64,000 bases of DNA. It comes from Trichormus sp. ATA11-4-KO1. GTDB lineage: Bacteria; Cyanobacteriota; Cyanobacteriia; Cyanobacteriales; Nostocaceae. The notes beneath the pieces were generated by a model. The model was not told the origin of the DNA. It saw only the letters and a program-made list of their open reading frames with translations, and searched no databases. Positions 41,701 through 50,695 of this stretch are shown one piece after another. Both the position numbers and the translations under genes were made by a program. Position 1 is the first letter of the stretch. Every line of letters begins with the position of its first letter. The stretch covers positions 192,001 through 256,000 of the forward strand of contig JAHHIM010000055.1 in the NCBI GenBank assembly GCA_019358915.1, written 5' to 3'.

Positions 41701-44102
41701 GCGGTGTGCAATGCCAAAGCTAACTCATACTGCTGTTGCCAACAGTTAGCTGTGAGGCAGTTAATCCCCATTGTCAGATAATCTAAGGCTGGCTGATAGG
41801 CTGCTGAGGCTTTGGCTTTGTTACCTGCTGTTAAGTTCAACTGAGCTAGTTCCTGGCGTTGTTGAGGATTTGTAATTAAGTCAATGCCGAAATTCAGTTG
41901 GTTAACAATGTCAAAAATCTTTTCTTCTTGCTTTTGAGGGGTAATGCCTTGTAATAACAGTTGCCCAATCTGCAAGTGTACTGCCTGTTTTTGGTCAGTA
42001 GAAATTAGTGAATAGGCTGCTTGCTGGACGCGATCGTGCAGGAATTTGTAGACTACATCCAAATTTTTTAAGTTCGCAGCTACTTCTTGATCAGCAACTT
42101 GCAAGAGTTGGTAGTCATTGCCTTGGGGTAAAATTAGCCCTGTTTGCACGGCTTCCCAGAGTTGGGCGGCGACATCTGCAAGTGATTTTGAGCTAGCGAT
42201 CGCTAAAGTATGTAAATCAAATAAATTACCAATACAAGCGGCTAATTTTAAGGCTTCCTGGGTGGCTACTGGCAGCTTTTGAATTTTCAGTGCCATCAAC
42301 TCGACTACATTATCAGTAATCTGGGCTGCTTGGATTTTTGCCAGTTGCCACTGCCATTGCCGTTGAGCGAAATTAAACTGTAATAATTCTTCTGTATATA
42401 GCGACTTGAGAAATTCATTCATGAAGAAGGGATTGCCATTGGTCTTCTGCTGAAGCAGTTCAGCTAAAGGAGTAAGCTGTGCTAAATCTTCATTGTTAAG
42501 GGTATCGCTGAGGAGTTGTTGAATTTGGGGCAATGCTAAGGGCTTTAAGGTGATTTCGTGAATAGCCGCCCCTATTTGTTCTAAGGATGCGATCGTTGTC
42601 CTTAGTGGATGGGTTTTATCTACTTCGTGATCACGATAAGCACCAATCAACAACAGATATTGACTGTCTACCTGACTCATTAACAACTCAATTAGCTGGA
42701 GTGATGCACTATCCGCCCATTGCAGGTCATCCAAAAACATCACTAAAGGATGTTCCTTTTGGGTAAAGACCTGAATAAAGTTTTGCAAGACTAAATTAAA
42801 CCGAGTTTGCGCTTCTTTGGGCGATAGTTCTACAACAGGTGGCTGAGTCCCAATAATCAATTCCACCTCTGCAATCACGTCGATGATTACCTGACCATTC
42901 ACACCAAGAGCATTTAATAATTTTTCACGCCAAGTGGTAATTTCTGCTTCACTTGTAGTTAACAGTTGGCGAATTAAAGCTTGAAAGGCTTGGATTAAAG
43001 AACTGTAGGGAATGTTACGTTGAAACTGGTCAAATTTCCCAGAAATAAAATATCCCCGTTGTTGGGTAATTGGTTTATAAATTTCTTGTACCAAGGCTGA
43101 TTTGCCAATGCCAGAATAACCAGCAATCAGCATTACTTCGCTCTGTCCTTGACTGGTTCGCTCAAAGGCTGCGAGTAAGCTTGCTACTTCCGCTTCTCGT
43201 CCGTACAGTTTTTGCGGAATTTGAAATCTACCGGAGTGATCCTGCTGTCCTAGTGCAAATAATGGAATTTGCCCTGTAGTATTGAACATCTCCAGGCATT
43301 TCTGTAAATCTGTCTGCAACCCAAAAGCACTTTGATAACGCGCCTCGGCTGTCTTTTCTAGCAACTTCATCACAATTTGCGAAAGCGCTGGCGGAATTTG
43401 GGGATTAATTTGATCAGGCGGAATCGCTTGTTTGGCAATGTGGCTATGAACCAATTCCACAGGATCATCACTCCTAAAAGGTAACTGCTGGGTCAACAGT
43501 TCGTAGAAAGTGACTCCCAAAGAATAAAAGTCGGTGCGATAATCAAGCGATCGATTCATCCGTCCTGTTTGTTCAGGAGAAATATAAGCGAGAGTTCCTT
43601 CCAAAACATTCAGATTTCGTAAAGTGGGATTTTCCCGCGATAGTAAAGTCGCAATGCCAAAGTCAATTATTTTCGTTTGTTGAGTCGTGGGATTAAGGAG
43701 AATATTGGCAGGATTAATGTCTTTATGAATAATCTGTTGCTGATGAATTTCTGCTAAAGCTGCTGCTACTTGTATAGCCAGTTGCAAAAAATTCTGTAGC
43801 GGTAGAGGCGATTGATTGAGTAATTCACGCAGGGATTGCCCACCAAAATCCTCTAAAATTAACACTAAAGTGTTTTGATATTTTTTCAAGTCGTAGGCTT
43901 GGATAATTCCAGGCGCTTGAAAGCGGCGTGTGAGAGCATATTCAAGTTTAAACCGAGCGATCGCTTCTGGGGGTGGGTATTCTTGCCGCAGGACTTTCAG
44001 TACTACTGGTTGTTGATTTAACTCTCGATATCCTCGATAAACCTGAGAATTGGGGCTGGTGTGCAGTTCTGTCAGGACTTCATACCCTTCCAGTGTAATC
44101 AT
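38739..44102 (-). CDS. Multidomain Ser/Thr kinase - AAA ATPase - TPR-like - GAF - class III adenylate cyclase
   Basis: Kinase VLK/HKDINPAN/DFG/SPEQTGR; Walker A GYSGIGKS and Walker B FLDDLQW; GAF LYLENN..F; cyclase FTDIR, DKYIGDA and DAVNLAARIE. Confidence 0.93.
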   Translation of the reverse strand: MITLEGYEVLTELHTSPNSQVYRGYRELNQQPVVLKVLRQEYPPPEAIARFKLEYALTRRFQAPGIIQAYDLKKYQNTLVLILEDFGGQSLRELLNQSPLPLQNFLQLAIQVAAALAEIHQQQIIHKDINPANILLNPTTQQTKIIDFGIATLLSRENPTLRNLNVLEGTLAYISPEQTGRMNRSLDYRTDFYSLGVTFYELLTQQLPFRSDDPVELVHSHIAKQAIPPDQINPQIPPALSQIVMKLLEKTAEARYQSAFGLQTDLQKCLEMFNTTGQIPLFALGQQDHSGRFQIPQKLYGREAEVASLLAAFERTSQGQSEVMLIAGYSGIGKSALVQEIYKPITQQRGYFISGKFDQFQRNIPYSSLIQAFQALIRQLLTTSEAEITTWREKLLNALGVNGQVIIDVIAEVELIIGTQPPVVELSPKEAQTRFNLVLQNFIQVFTQKEHPLVMFLDDLQWADSASLQLIELLMSQVDSQYLLLIGAYRDHEVDKTHPLRTTIASLEQIGAAIHEITLKPLALPQIQQLLSDTLNNEDLAQLTPLAELLQQKTNGNPFFMNEFLKSLYTEELLQFNFAQRQWQWQLAKIQAAQITDNVVELMALKIQKLPVATQEALKLAACIGNLFDLHTLAIASSKSLADVAAQLWEAVQTGLILPQGNDYQLLQVADQEVAANLKNLDVVYKFLHDRVQQAAYSLISTDQKQAVHLQIGQLLLQGITPQKQEEKIFDIVNQLNFGIDLITNPQQRQELAQLNLTAGNKAKASAAYQPALDYLTMGINCLTANCWQQQYELALALHTAAAEAAYLGGDFERMDALTEEVLQKTRSTIDQVQVYAIKIQAAIARDQLLAASQLGLQVMQLLGIPLANNPGQPQIMLGLLKTKLALVGKQVHTLVELPELSNPTKLAAIRILASIASATYLAAPNVFPLTVFKQVELSAKYGNAAESAFAYATYGLILCGVVGDLQGGYKFGELALKLLDRFNAKHLQARTLFVVNSFVRHWQEPLQNTIPSLQAAFQVGRDTGDTEYAAFAANVCSMHSYFSGQNLAELDECVAIYGEAIQQFKKKPIFVLIQLYRQAVANLQGKNANPCQLVGEFYDATVMLPQHIESNYRTAIFYVYTHYLTLNYWFEDYATAVKNADLAIPYLDAVVALYIVGWFYFYDSLGRLALASVVSAAERQKLLQRVAANQKKLQVWAKFSPVNYTHKLALVEAEWHRVQGKSSQAIACYDQAIALAQKNQYLNEAALANELTAKFYLAENKFKIAQVYLQEARYLYLQWGAIAKVKDLEAKYPEILTRNPDKAVKSTLSTTSSNQTSITSSSHSESLDLVTVIKASQTLSEEIQLDKLLSNLMRILMENAGAQRGFLLLSTKGKFLIEAQGTVGENTIQVLESLSIEDNQILSRAIINYVIRTKTNVVLNDAIHEAVGIGEFIKDPYIRQYQPRSILCTPLINQGKLAGILYLENNLTTGAFTPDRLELLNLLSAQAAISIENARLYTDVAALNKAYERFVPRQFLQFLNKQSIIDVQLGDQVQREMSVLFTDIRAFTTLSESMTPAENFRFINAYLSRMEPIIIENNGFIDKYIGDAIMALFAGDADDAVQAGIAMLQTLATYNEERQARGYLPIQIGIGINTGSLILGTVGGLNRMDSTVISDAVNLAARIEGLTKTFNTPLLITDQTFERLQNRDRYGIRVVGQVKVKGKTNAVTVHEVFAADLPHIIAGKTATLELFASALAFYEQQEFATAAECFQECLQQNPWDQVAQMYLDRCQSGQEIAAIFTETVKL

Positions 44103-44547
44103 AGATTATTCAAGCGTTTGCTGTATAGTTAGGGTCTATTCAGTATAAATTGCTTACCTTGCAAGTGAACAGAGATTAGCTAAATTTACTTACGCAAATT
44201 TACTCAACGCTTCTACATAATGCTTGATTTTGTGACTAGGACAGTAAGCTAAAAAAATATTTAGTTTGCATATTTAAATTAGATTAAACTCTTGTGGGCT
44301 AGGCATTTTAACTTATTCACAAAACCAGCAAAATCATCCCGCAAATATACAACACCGTTTTTCTCTATCACTAGAGTGATGGCTGCCTTTACAGACACAA
44401 ACATAATGTATAAAACATTAATAATTTCCACTCTTAATCTCTGCGCCACACCAGTAACTACAACTGTGAGAACCAAAGCAACGCATTGACTTCGTTCGCT
44501 ATCACCTACAGCCACATTGCTGCCTGAGAAGATAACTCGGAGTGTAT

Positions 44548-44871
44548 ATGAGTAATAAAAATAAAACAGTAATTGACGAATTTCACAAAGTCGTAAATAT
44601 GACACCCCAGGAAATAGAGTCTTGGCTAGAGACAGAAGAGTCCCAAGCAGTGGGACAAAAGGATGGAGATGACGAATCAATTGGTCACAAGTCCGGGCGG
44701 CGTATCGTCGAACTTTTGCACAAGCATGATTATACCGATGATGACCTATCGCATATGAAGAAAGTTAATAGTTACGTCCATCGCCACTCAGCACAGCAGC
44801 CAACGGGTGATATTGAACACACCCGTTGGCGTTACTCTTTAATGAATTGGGGACACGACCCGCTTAAATGA
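44548..44871 (+). CDS. DUF3140 family protein
   Basis: Motifs VNMT..E..WL, ESIGHKSGRRI, HMKKV.SY and WRYSLMNWGHDP. Confidence 0.88.
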   Translation: MSNKNKTVIDEFHKVVNMTPQEIESWLETEESQAVGQKDGDDESIGHKSGRRIVELLHKHDYTDDDLSHMKKVNSYVHRHSAQQPTGDIEHTRWRYSLMNWGHDPLK

Positions 44872-44986
44872 AGAGTGCTGAGTTAAAAGACCGCCCACGA
44901 GAGGCAGGGCATTTACTGAGTGCGAGAGTGCAGAGTACTCTTTTTCTTACTCAGCACTCAGCACTGAGTATGGTATCCCCAAAAGT

Positions 44987-45586
44987 TTATTGCCAAAGAT
45001 AAATCAGGATAAACAAAACAATCCAGATGACATCGACGAAATGCCAAAATAACGAGGTCGCATTCACGCCAAAGTGACCTGATTCGTAGTTACCAGGGAA
45101 GAAAGAACGGACAAAAATAATCAACTGCAACAAAATACCTGTGAGGACGTGTAAACCGTGGAAACCAGTTAATAAATAGAACATTCCACCGTATACCCCG
45201 GAGGTAAAGCCAAAGGTCAGGTTACTCCATTCAATACCTTGTCCTACTAAAAAGTAACTACCCATTGCCATTGTTGCCGCGAGATACACACGAAATCCCA
45301 TCAAGTTGTGGCGTTGTAGGGCGCGTTCTGCTAGGTAAATGACGAAGCTACTGGAAACAAGAATGACTGTGTTGATTGCAGGTTCTTTGATTTCTAGTCC
45401 CGAAACTCCTGCTGGTAGCCAATTAGGTGTTGTTGTTTTGTAGATGATATATCCGGCGAAAAAACTCAGGAAGATGACACTTTCGGAGAGGAGGAAGACG
45501 ATGAAGCCGAACATTTTGTTGCCTTCTTCGTCGTGTTCGTGTTCTCTCGGTAATTGCAATTCAGATGAGTTGATGGAACTGTCCAT
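44987..45586 (-). CDS. ctaE: Heme-copper oxidase subunit III (ARTO type)
   Basis: Motifs FLLSE, INTVILVSSS, TGFHGLHV and FWHFVD. Confidence 0.93.
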   Translation of the reverse strand: MDSSINSSELQLPREHEHDEEGNKMFGFIVFLLSESVIFLSFFAGYIIYKTTTPNWLPAGVSGLEIKEPAINTVILVSSSFVIYLAERALQRHNLMGFRVYLAATMAMGSYFLVGQGIEWSNLTFGFTSGVYGGMFYLLTGFHGLHVLTGILLQLIIFVRSFFPGNYESGHFGVNATSLFWHFVDVIWIVLFILIYLWQ

Positions 45587-45635
45587 TGTGAGAAATTCTC
45601 CTTGTTTAAACGCAGAGGAACGCTGAGGGGGGTAA

Positions 45636-47294
45636 CTAGTCTGCGTTTTCCCGTGGGTTATTGGCTGTTAAGGGTTCTGATTTGCCGTAGCCGTAGGGTT
45701 CAGAGATGATGATGGGGATTTGTTCAAAGTTTTCCACTGGGGGTGGTGAAGAAATCATCCACTCTAGTCCAATGGCGCGCCAGGGATTATCAGGTGCTTT
45801 CTCTCCTTGCAGCCAAGAACTTACCATGTTGAAGATGAAGGGTAAGGTGGACATGCCCAACATGAAGCCGCCCAGGCTAGCAATGATGTTCCAAAATTCG
45901 TACTCTGGGGCGTAGGAGGAAACTCGGCGTAACATTCCTTGTAGTCCCAAGGGGTGCATGGGGAGAAAGTTAAGGTTGGTGCCAATAAATGTTAACCAAA
46001 AGTGTAATTTGCCCCAGCCTTCGTAGTACATCCGTCCGGTCATTTTGGGGAACCAGTGGTAGATGGCAGAATATAAGCCCATCGTGACTGTGCCAAAAAG
46101 AACGTAATGGAAGTGTCCTACTACAAAGTAGGTGTTGTTAACATGAACATCTACAGGTACTGAGGAAAGCATAATGCCTGTGATACCTGCGAAGACAAAC
46201 ATCACCAAAGCACCAAGGGAAAACAGCATTGCTGTGTCCAGTCGCAGTTTACCTCCCCAAATGGTGGCTACCCAAGCAAATACTTTAATGCCTGTGGGTA
46301 CAGAGACAAACATAGTTGTCAGCATGAAAATTAACCGCATCCAGCCGGGTGTACCACTGACGTACATGTGGTGTACCCAGACAATGCCACTGACTACGGC
46401 AATTAACATTGAAGAAATAGCAACTACTTTGTAGCCAAATAACGGTTTGCGCGCATAGACAGGGAATATTTCCGAGAAAATGCCGAAGATAGGCAAAATA
46501 ATCACGTAAACGGCAGGGTGGGAGTAAAACCAGAAGTAATGTTGGAAGAGAACTGGATTACCACCGTGGCTGGGATTGAAAAAGGCCGTCCCTGCTGTCA
46601 GGTCAAGTAACAGCATGACAGCACCTGCTGTGAGTGCAGGTAATCCAAATAATTGGATAATTTGGGCGCTAAATACTGCCCAAACAAATAAAGGCATCCG
46701 AAAGAAGCCCATACCTGGGGTGCGCATTTTCACAATGGTGGTAACAAAGTTAACTGCCCCCATAATTGAGGATACGCCGGATATGGCTACTGCCAGCAAC
46801 CAGATCACTTGACCGTTGATTAAGTTACCTGTAGGGTTTTGCAGACTGACTGGTGGGTAAGACCACCAACCTGCTTGGGCTGGGCCACCAGGGACTAAGA
46901 AACTGCCCATTAGCAGAATTCCCACAACTGGCACCATCCAAAAGGCGACGGCGTTGAGGCGGGGAAATGCCATGTCTCGCGCCCCAATCATTAGAGGTAC
47001 GAGATAGTTAGCAAAACCAACGAGTGAGGGAAATGTCCACAAAAACAACATGACGGTGCCGTGCATGGTGAACATACCGTTATAGACGGTGCGGTCAACT
47101 AAGTCAGATTCGGGTGTAATGAGTTCTCCCCGAATTACCATTGCAAAGATGCCACCGACCAAAAAGAAGATAAATGAAGTCACAAGGTACTGAATACCAA
47201 TGACCTTGTGGTCGGTGCTAAAGCTGAAGTATTGTTTCCAGCCACCTGGTTTCTCATTATGGTGACTGATGTCTACAAGTACGATATTTTTCAC
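45636..47294 (-). CDS. ctaD: Heme-copper oxidase subunit I (A2-type YSHPAVY; ARTO)
   Basis: Motifs DHKVIG, MHGT, YSHPAVY, VWVHHM and GHFHY. VNNT replaces the Mg-site HDT. Confidence 0.95.
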   Translation of the reverse strand: MKNIVLVDISHHNEKPGGWKQYFSFSTDHKVIGIQYLVTSFIFFLVGGIFAMVIRGELITPESDLVDRTVYNGMFTMHGTVMLFLWTFPSLVGFANYLVPLMIGARDMAFPRLNAVAFWMVPVVGILLMGSFLVPGGPAQAGWWSYPPVSLQNPTGNLINGQVIWLLAVAISGVSSIMGAVNFVTTIVKMRTPGMGFFRMPLFVWAVFSAQIIQLFGLPALTAGAVMLLLDLTAGTAFFNPSHGGNPVLFQHYFWFYSHPAVYVIILPIFGIFSEIFPVYARKPLFGYKVVAISSMLIAVVSGIVWVHHMYVSGTPGWMRLIFMLTTMFVSVPTGIKVFAWVATIWGGKLRLDTAMLFSLGALVMFVFAGITGIMLSSVPVDVHVNNTYFVVGHFHYVLFGTVTMGLYSAIYHWFPKMTGRMYYEGWGKLHFWLTFIGTNLNFLPMHPLGLQGMLRRVSSYAPEYEFWNIIASLGGFMLGMSTLPFIFNMVSSWLQGEKAPDNPWRAIGLEWMISSPPPVENFEQIPIIISEPYGYGKSEPLTANNPRENAD

Positions 47295-47305
47295 GCGGTT
47301 TCCTT

Positions 47306-48238
47306 TTAACCAGGATAATTGACCAAAGGAGATGCCGCAGGTGCAACTGTCGGCCAGCCAGTTTTGACTGATTGACTAGATGCTTGGGCATATTCAGAGG
47401 CGGCCTGATTGTTAGCTGGGCTTGGTTTCTGGGTGGCAGCTTGGGCTAGCCATTGCTGGTAGTCTTCTGGAGATTCGACGACTACATTAGCTTGCATAGT
47501 GGCAAAATATGTACCACTATATTGAGAATCGGTGAGGCGATATTGACCGACGCGGGTGGGCGTAAATTCAAAGTCAATGGTGTGGTTGGGGATAATATCC
47601 TGCTTGAGGCGAAATGCTGGAATATAGAAGCCATGGAGCACATCTTCTGATTGCAGCGCTAAATGTACCCGGCGATCGCTTGGTAAATGCAGTTCGGTAC
47701 TGGTAACATTTTTTTCAGGGTAATGGAAGACCCATGCCCATTGTTTCGCTACTACTTCAATGTTTTCTGATGGAGAGACAACAGATGTCCCCTTGTTTTC
47801 CATCGGTGCTGCATAAGCCGACTCCATACCTACGGGATTATGCAAATGTACAAGTTCCATCGGCCCTTGAATCCCCATTTGCTCGTAGACTTGGTAGCTA
47901 TAGCCGGCAATCCACAGCACTAACATAATAGGGATGGCTGTCCAGACAACTTCCAAGGTGACATTACCTTCAATGTGAGGGCCGTCGGTCAAGTCGCCTT
48001 CTTTTGCCCGATGAAAAATGATTGAATACATGAGAGTGCTAGTCACACCCAAAAAGATGAACGCTCCCAGTGTTACTAAGAAACTAATCAAATCATCAAT
48101 CAGTTGGGATTCTGCGGCTGCTTGGGGAGGAAGCCAGGTATAAGCTTGTTTACCAATCCAGAGACTGATCACAGTCACTGCGATCGCTCCCGCAAACACG
48201 GTTAAAATGTTGAAAATCTTCTGGACTTTCATACTCAT
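47306..48238 (-). CDS. ctaC: Heme-copper oxidase subunit II lacking the CuA ligands (ARTO type)
   Basis: Motifs LEVVWT, KQWAW and DVLHGF. TDSQYSGTYF replaces CxExCGxxH. ATG at 48238; the upstream ORF extension is repeat-derived. Confidence 0.92.
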   Translation of the reverse strand: MSMKVQKIFNILTVFAGAIAVTVISLWIGKQAYTWLPPQAAAESQLIDDLISFLVTLGAFIFLGVTSTLMYSIIFHRAKEGDLTDGPHIEGNVTLEVVWTAIPIMLVLWIAGYSYQVYEQMGIQGPMELVHLHNPVGMESAYAAPMENKGTSVVSPSENIEVVAKQWAWVFHYPEKNVTSTELHLPSDRRVHLALQSEDVLHGFYIPAFRLKQDIIPNHTIDFEFTPTRVGQYRLTDSQYSGTYFATMQANVVVESPEDYQQWLAQAATQKPSPANNQAASEYAQASSQSVKTGWPTVAPAASPLVNYPG

Positions 48239-48425
48239 TGGGAATGGGGAATAGGGGATAGGGAATAGGGAACAGAGGAATTCTTCGCTAAACACTCAGC
48301 ACTCAGCACTCCCCTTCGACTTCGCTCAGCACTCAGCACTCAGCACTCAGCACTCAAAAAGGCACTCAGCACTCAGCACTCAAAAAGGCACTCAGCACTC
48401 AGCACTCAAAAAGGCACTCAGCACT
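48239..48425. repeat. STRR array with a 26-bp higher-order unit (CACTCAG-CACTCAG-CACTCAAAAAGG) x3
   Basis: The GG of AAAAAGG recurs at 48361, 48387 and 48413. Confidence 0.85.
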
Positions 48426-48428
48426 TTG

Positions 48429-49034
48429 CTACTTGAGAACTGTGTTCAGGTCTGCACCCATTCTCAGTAGGGTATCGGCGGTGTTGTGTACACCAAACTC
48501 GGCGGCCATTTGCGCCCCTAATGTGCCGTGGACGTACATGATTAACATCACTGCTACGCCGATGGCTAGATAACTCCACTGCACTTGTTGGTCTGCGTCT
48601 TGACTCCAAACGAAGCGCTGCCATCCTCTCCAAACGGTCATACCCAGAATCAGTGCTAGTAAGAATACACCACCGATGCCATGCCAAATCATCGTTTCCA
48701 TTGCCTGCATTCCCCAGGCACTTTTAACATCAGCTGGTGGTGTAGCTAGCAACATTTCATAAAAGCCTGCGGCTACGGTGAAAAAAGTAATCACCGTGGA
48801 ACCTAGCATGTTGTACCAGCCCACATCAAATAAGTTGGCACGTTCAACGGAAATTGCCAAAAATTTGAACATCCATTTTTGGAAGGGGAAAAGTGTACCA
48901 ACGATATCAAAGGTAATCCCAATGATGAACAGACCCAAAGTCAGGTGGACTAAGTTGGGATGAATGGGAATGGAATAAGGTAAGCCGTTAGCGCCCAGTT
49001 GTACGTTCAATTGGTCAATTAATTCCGAGTTCAT
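48429..49034 (-). CDS. DUF2231 family membrane protein
   Basis: Motifs IHPNLVH, WHG and HGTLG, with four transmembrane segments. Confidence 0.85.
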   Translation of the reverse strand: MNSELIDQLNVQLGANGLPYSIPIHPNLVHLTLGLFIIGITFDIVGTLFPFQKWMFKFLAISVERANLFDVGWYNMLGSTVITFFTVAAGFYEMLLATPPADVKSAWGMQAMETMIWHGIGGVFLLALILGMTVWRGWQRFVWSQDADQQVQWSYLAIGVAVMLIMYVHGTLGAQMAAEFGVHNTADTLLRMGADLNTVLK

Positions 49035-49531
49035 GGCAAGATACCTTCCTTGACTGCTTCAACAACTGGTACTGTGTGCAGTCCATATACCCAAACAAGT
49101 TCATCACCGAGATATACTTGCATACCCACAATCACAGTTAAAAGTAGCCCCGCTACCATATAATGAATCGGCAATTTGTAAGGGTTGCGGGTACGAATTA
49201 CATAGCGCCAAGCTGTAATTGAGGCGATAATTCCCGACAGCGACCAGCCCACTAGTGTATGCACATTCAGCACTGATTTAGCTAAGTCATAAGGTTGAGC
49301 TAAGCCAGCTTCAAACTGACCAAAAATAATCGCTACGAAGATAGCGATCGTCGCTACACACATATTCCACCAACTCACTTCAAAAAGATGAGTTCTACCA
49401 GTAAAATAACCTAGTACATCACAGAAGAATGCAAACAAAACCATCGCGATTACGAAGTGGACGATGATGGGATGCATCGTATCTGGATACGGCAAATTGT
49501 GGTCGTTCAAAGATGTAAGATACTCAAGCAT
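49031..49531 (-). CDS. DUF2231 family membrane protein
   Basis: Motifs MHPIIVHF, HTLVG and LGDELVWVYG. ATGA overlap with the next gene. Confidence 0.85.
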   Translation of the reverse strand: MLEYLTSLNDHNLPYPDTMHPIIVHFVIAMVLFAFFCDVLGYFTGRTHLFEVSWWNMCVATIAIFVAIIFGQFEAGLAQPYDLAKSVLNVHTLVGWSLSGIIASITAWRYVIRTRNPYKLPIHYMVAGLLLTVIVGMQVYLGDELVWVYGLHTVPVVEAVKEGILP

Positions 49532-50003
49532 TGTGTTCTCCTGGAAATATCCATTGCACCTCAGTCGTCAAGATTTACAGCCACTCACACCACTACAATT
49601 TTTTGCACCTGACCGGAATTTGTTGAATTATGCGCGGCGAAATCCGGTTACTCAAGCGGCAACTTGGTTGTAGCTACATTAGCGAAGTTACTATTTATAG
49701 TGAATGATTGAGTTCAATTCATTTGTTCATGCCGATAATCTACGACAGCGATTTTTAATTTACCTAACAAAATTGCTGTTTTCTGTTTGATTAATTAAAC
49801 CTATCTTTTAGCTTAAATATTTTTTTACTAATTGTCAAAAAAATTAAGAGAAACTTTTAAAATTGCTTTTGTAAAACGAAAGTTTATTTTAGCAATGTAC
49901 TTTATTTTGCTATTTTTAATATATTGCACATACAAAAAACTTTAAATGTACAACTTAAAACATTATCAAGTTATTATTTTGTGATATCAATTACAAACAA
50001 ACA

Positions 50004-50140
50004 TGACTTACGCGCGGGTTACAGAAAATTGAACCACAGAGGCACAGAGGAGCCATTGCGTTGCGCGGGTTCCCCGCGTTGTAGCAAATGGCGTAACACG
50101 GAGGAATGAGAGTTTGAGTGGTTCTTTTGCGTAAGTCCTA
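50004..50140. mobile_element. MITE-like element (GACTTACGC...GCGTAAGTC) with a nested GC-rich small dispersed repeat
   Basis: Inverted ends, with internal CCATTGCGTTGCGCGGGTTCCCCGCGTTGTAGCAAATGG. Confidence 0.6.
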
Positions 50141-50328
50141 ACAAAGATTTTTTAGATTTTAACTTTAGCCTTTATTTCCCAATATTCTCAAGCTAATAGC
50201 TCAGAAGTACAGCCTGCTTTTGTAGGCTAATTACGCGTATATTCATTTTTCATCCACTACGTTACAAATGCTTCAAGAATAAAAGTAAAATATATGTAGC
50301 TCTAATTGACAAATTACAAGTATAAGGA

Positions 50329-50583
50329 ATGAAGTTACCAGAGATCGATTCTGCAACTATTGATCGCATTATTGAAATGGCTTGGGAAGATAGAACACCT
50401 TTTGATGTAATTGAGGCTCAGTTTGGGCTACAAGAAAAACAGGTAATTGCCTTAATGCGGCGGGAAATGAAGGAATCTAGTTTCCGGATGTGGCGAGAGC
50501 GAGTTACCAAACGCAAAACGAAGCATCTCAAAAAGCGAGAGTTTCTTGCAGGTAGGTTTAAGTCGCAAAATCAAAAAACATGA
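50329..50583 (+). CDS. TIGR03643/DUF2805 family protein
   Basis: Motifs DRIIEMAWEDRTPF and SSFRMWRERV..RKTKH. Confidence 0.9.
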   Translation: MKLPEIDSATIDRIIEMAWEDRTPFDVIEAQFGLQEKQVIALMRREMKESSFRMWRERVTKRKTKHLKKREFLAGRFKSQNQKT

Positions 50584-50695
50584 ATATGAATGTGTGATGA
50601 GTGTAAGTTCTTTAATAAACTATGTGAAGCAATACAAAAAATAGTGAGGTTGGCTCGTAGTGAGGACTTTAGTCCTCACTACAAACTTTTAATTA

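Noticed and set aside
44279..44680. 133-aa minus-strand ORF and 65-aa plus-strand ORF
   Set aside because: The minus-strand ORF overlaps the DUF3140 gene in antisense, and neither ORF has a recognisable motif or RBS.
48292..48425. Possible CRISPR array (also at 51697-51800)
   Set aside because: The units are identical heptamer multimers with no unique spacers, and there are no cas genes in the window.
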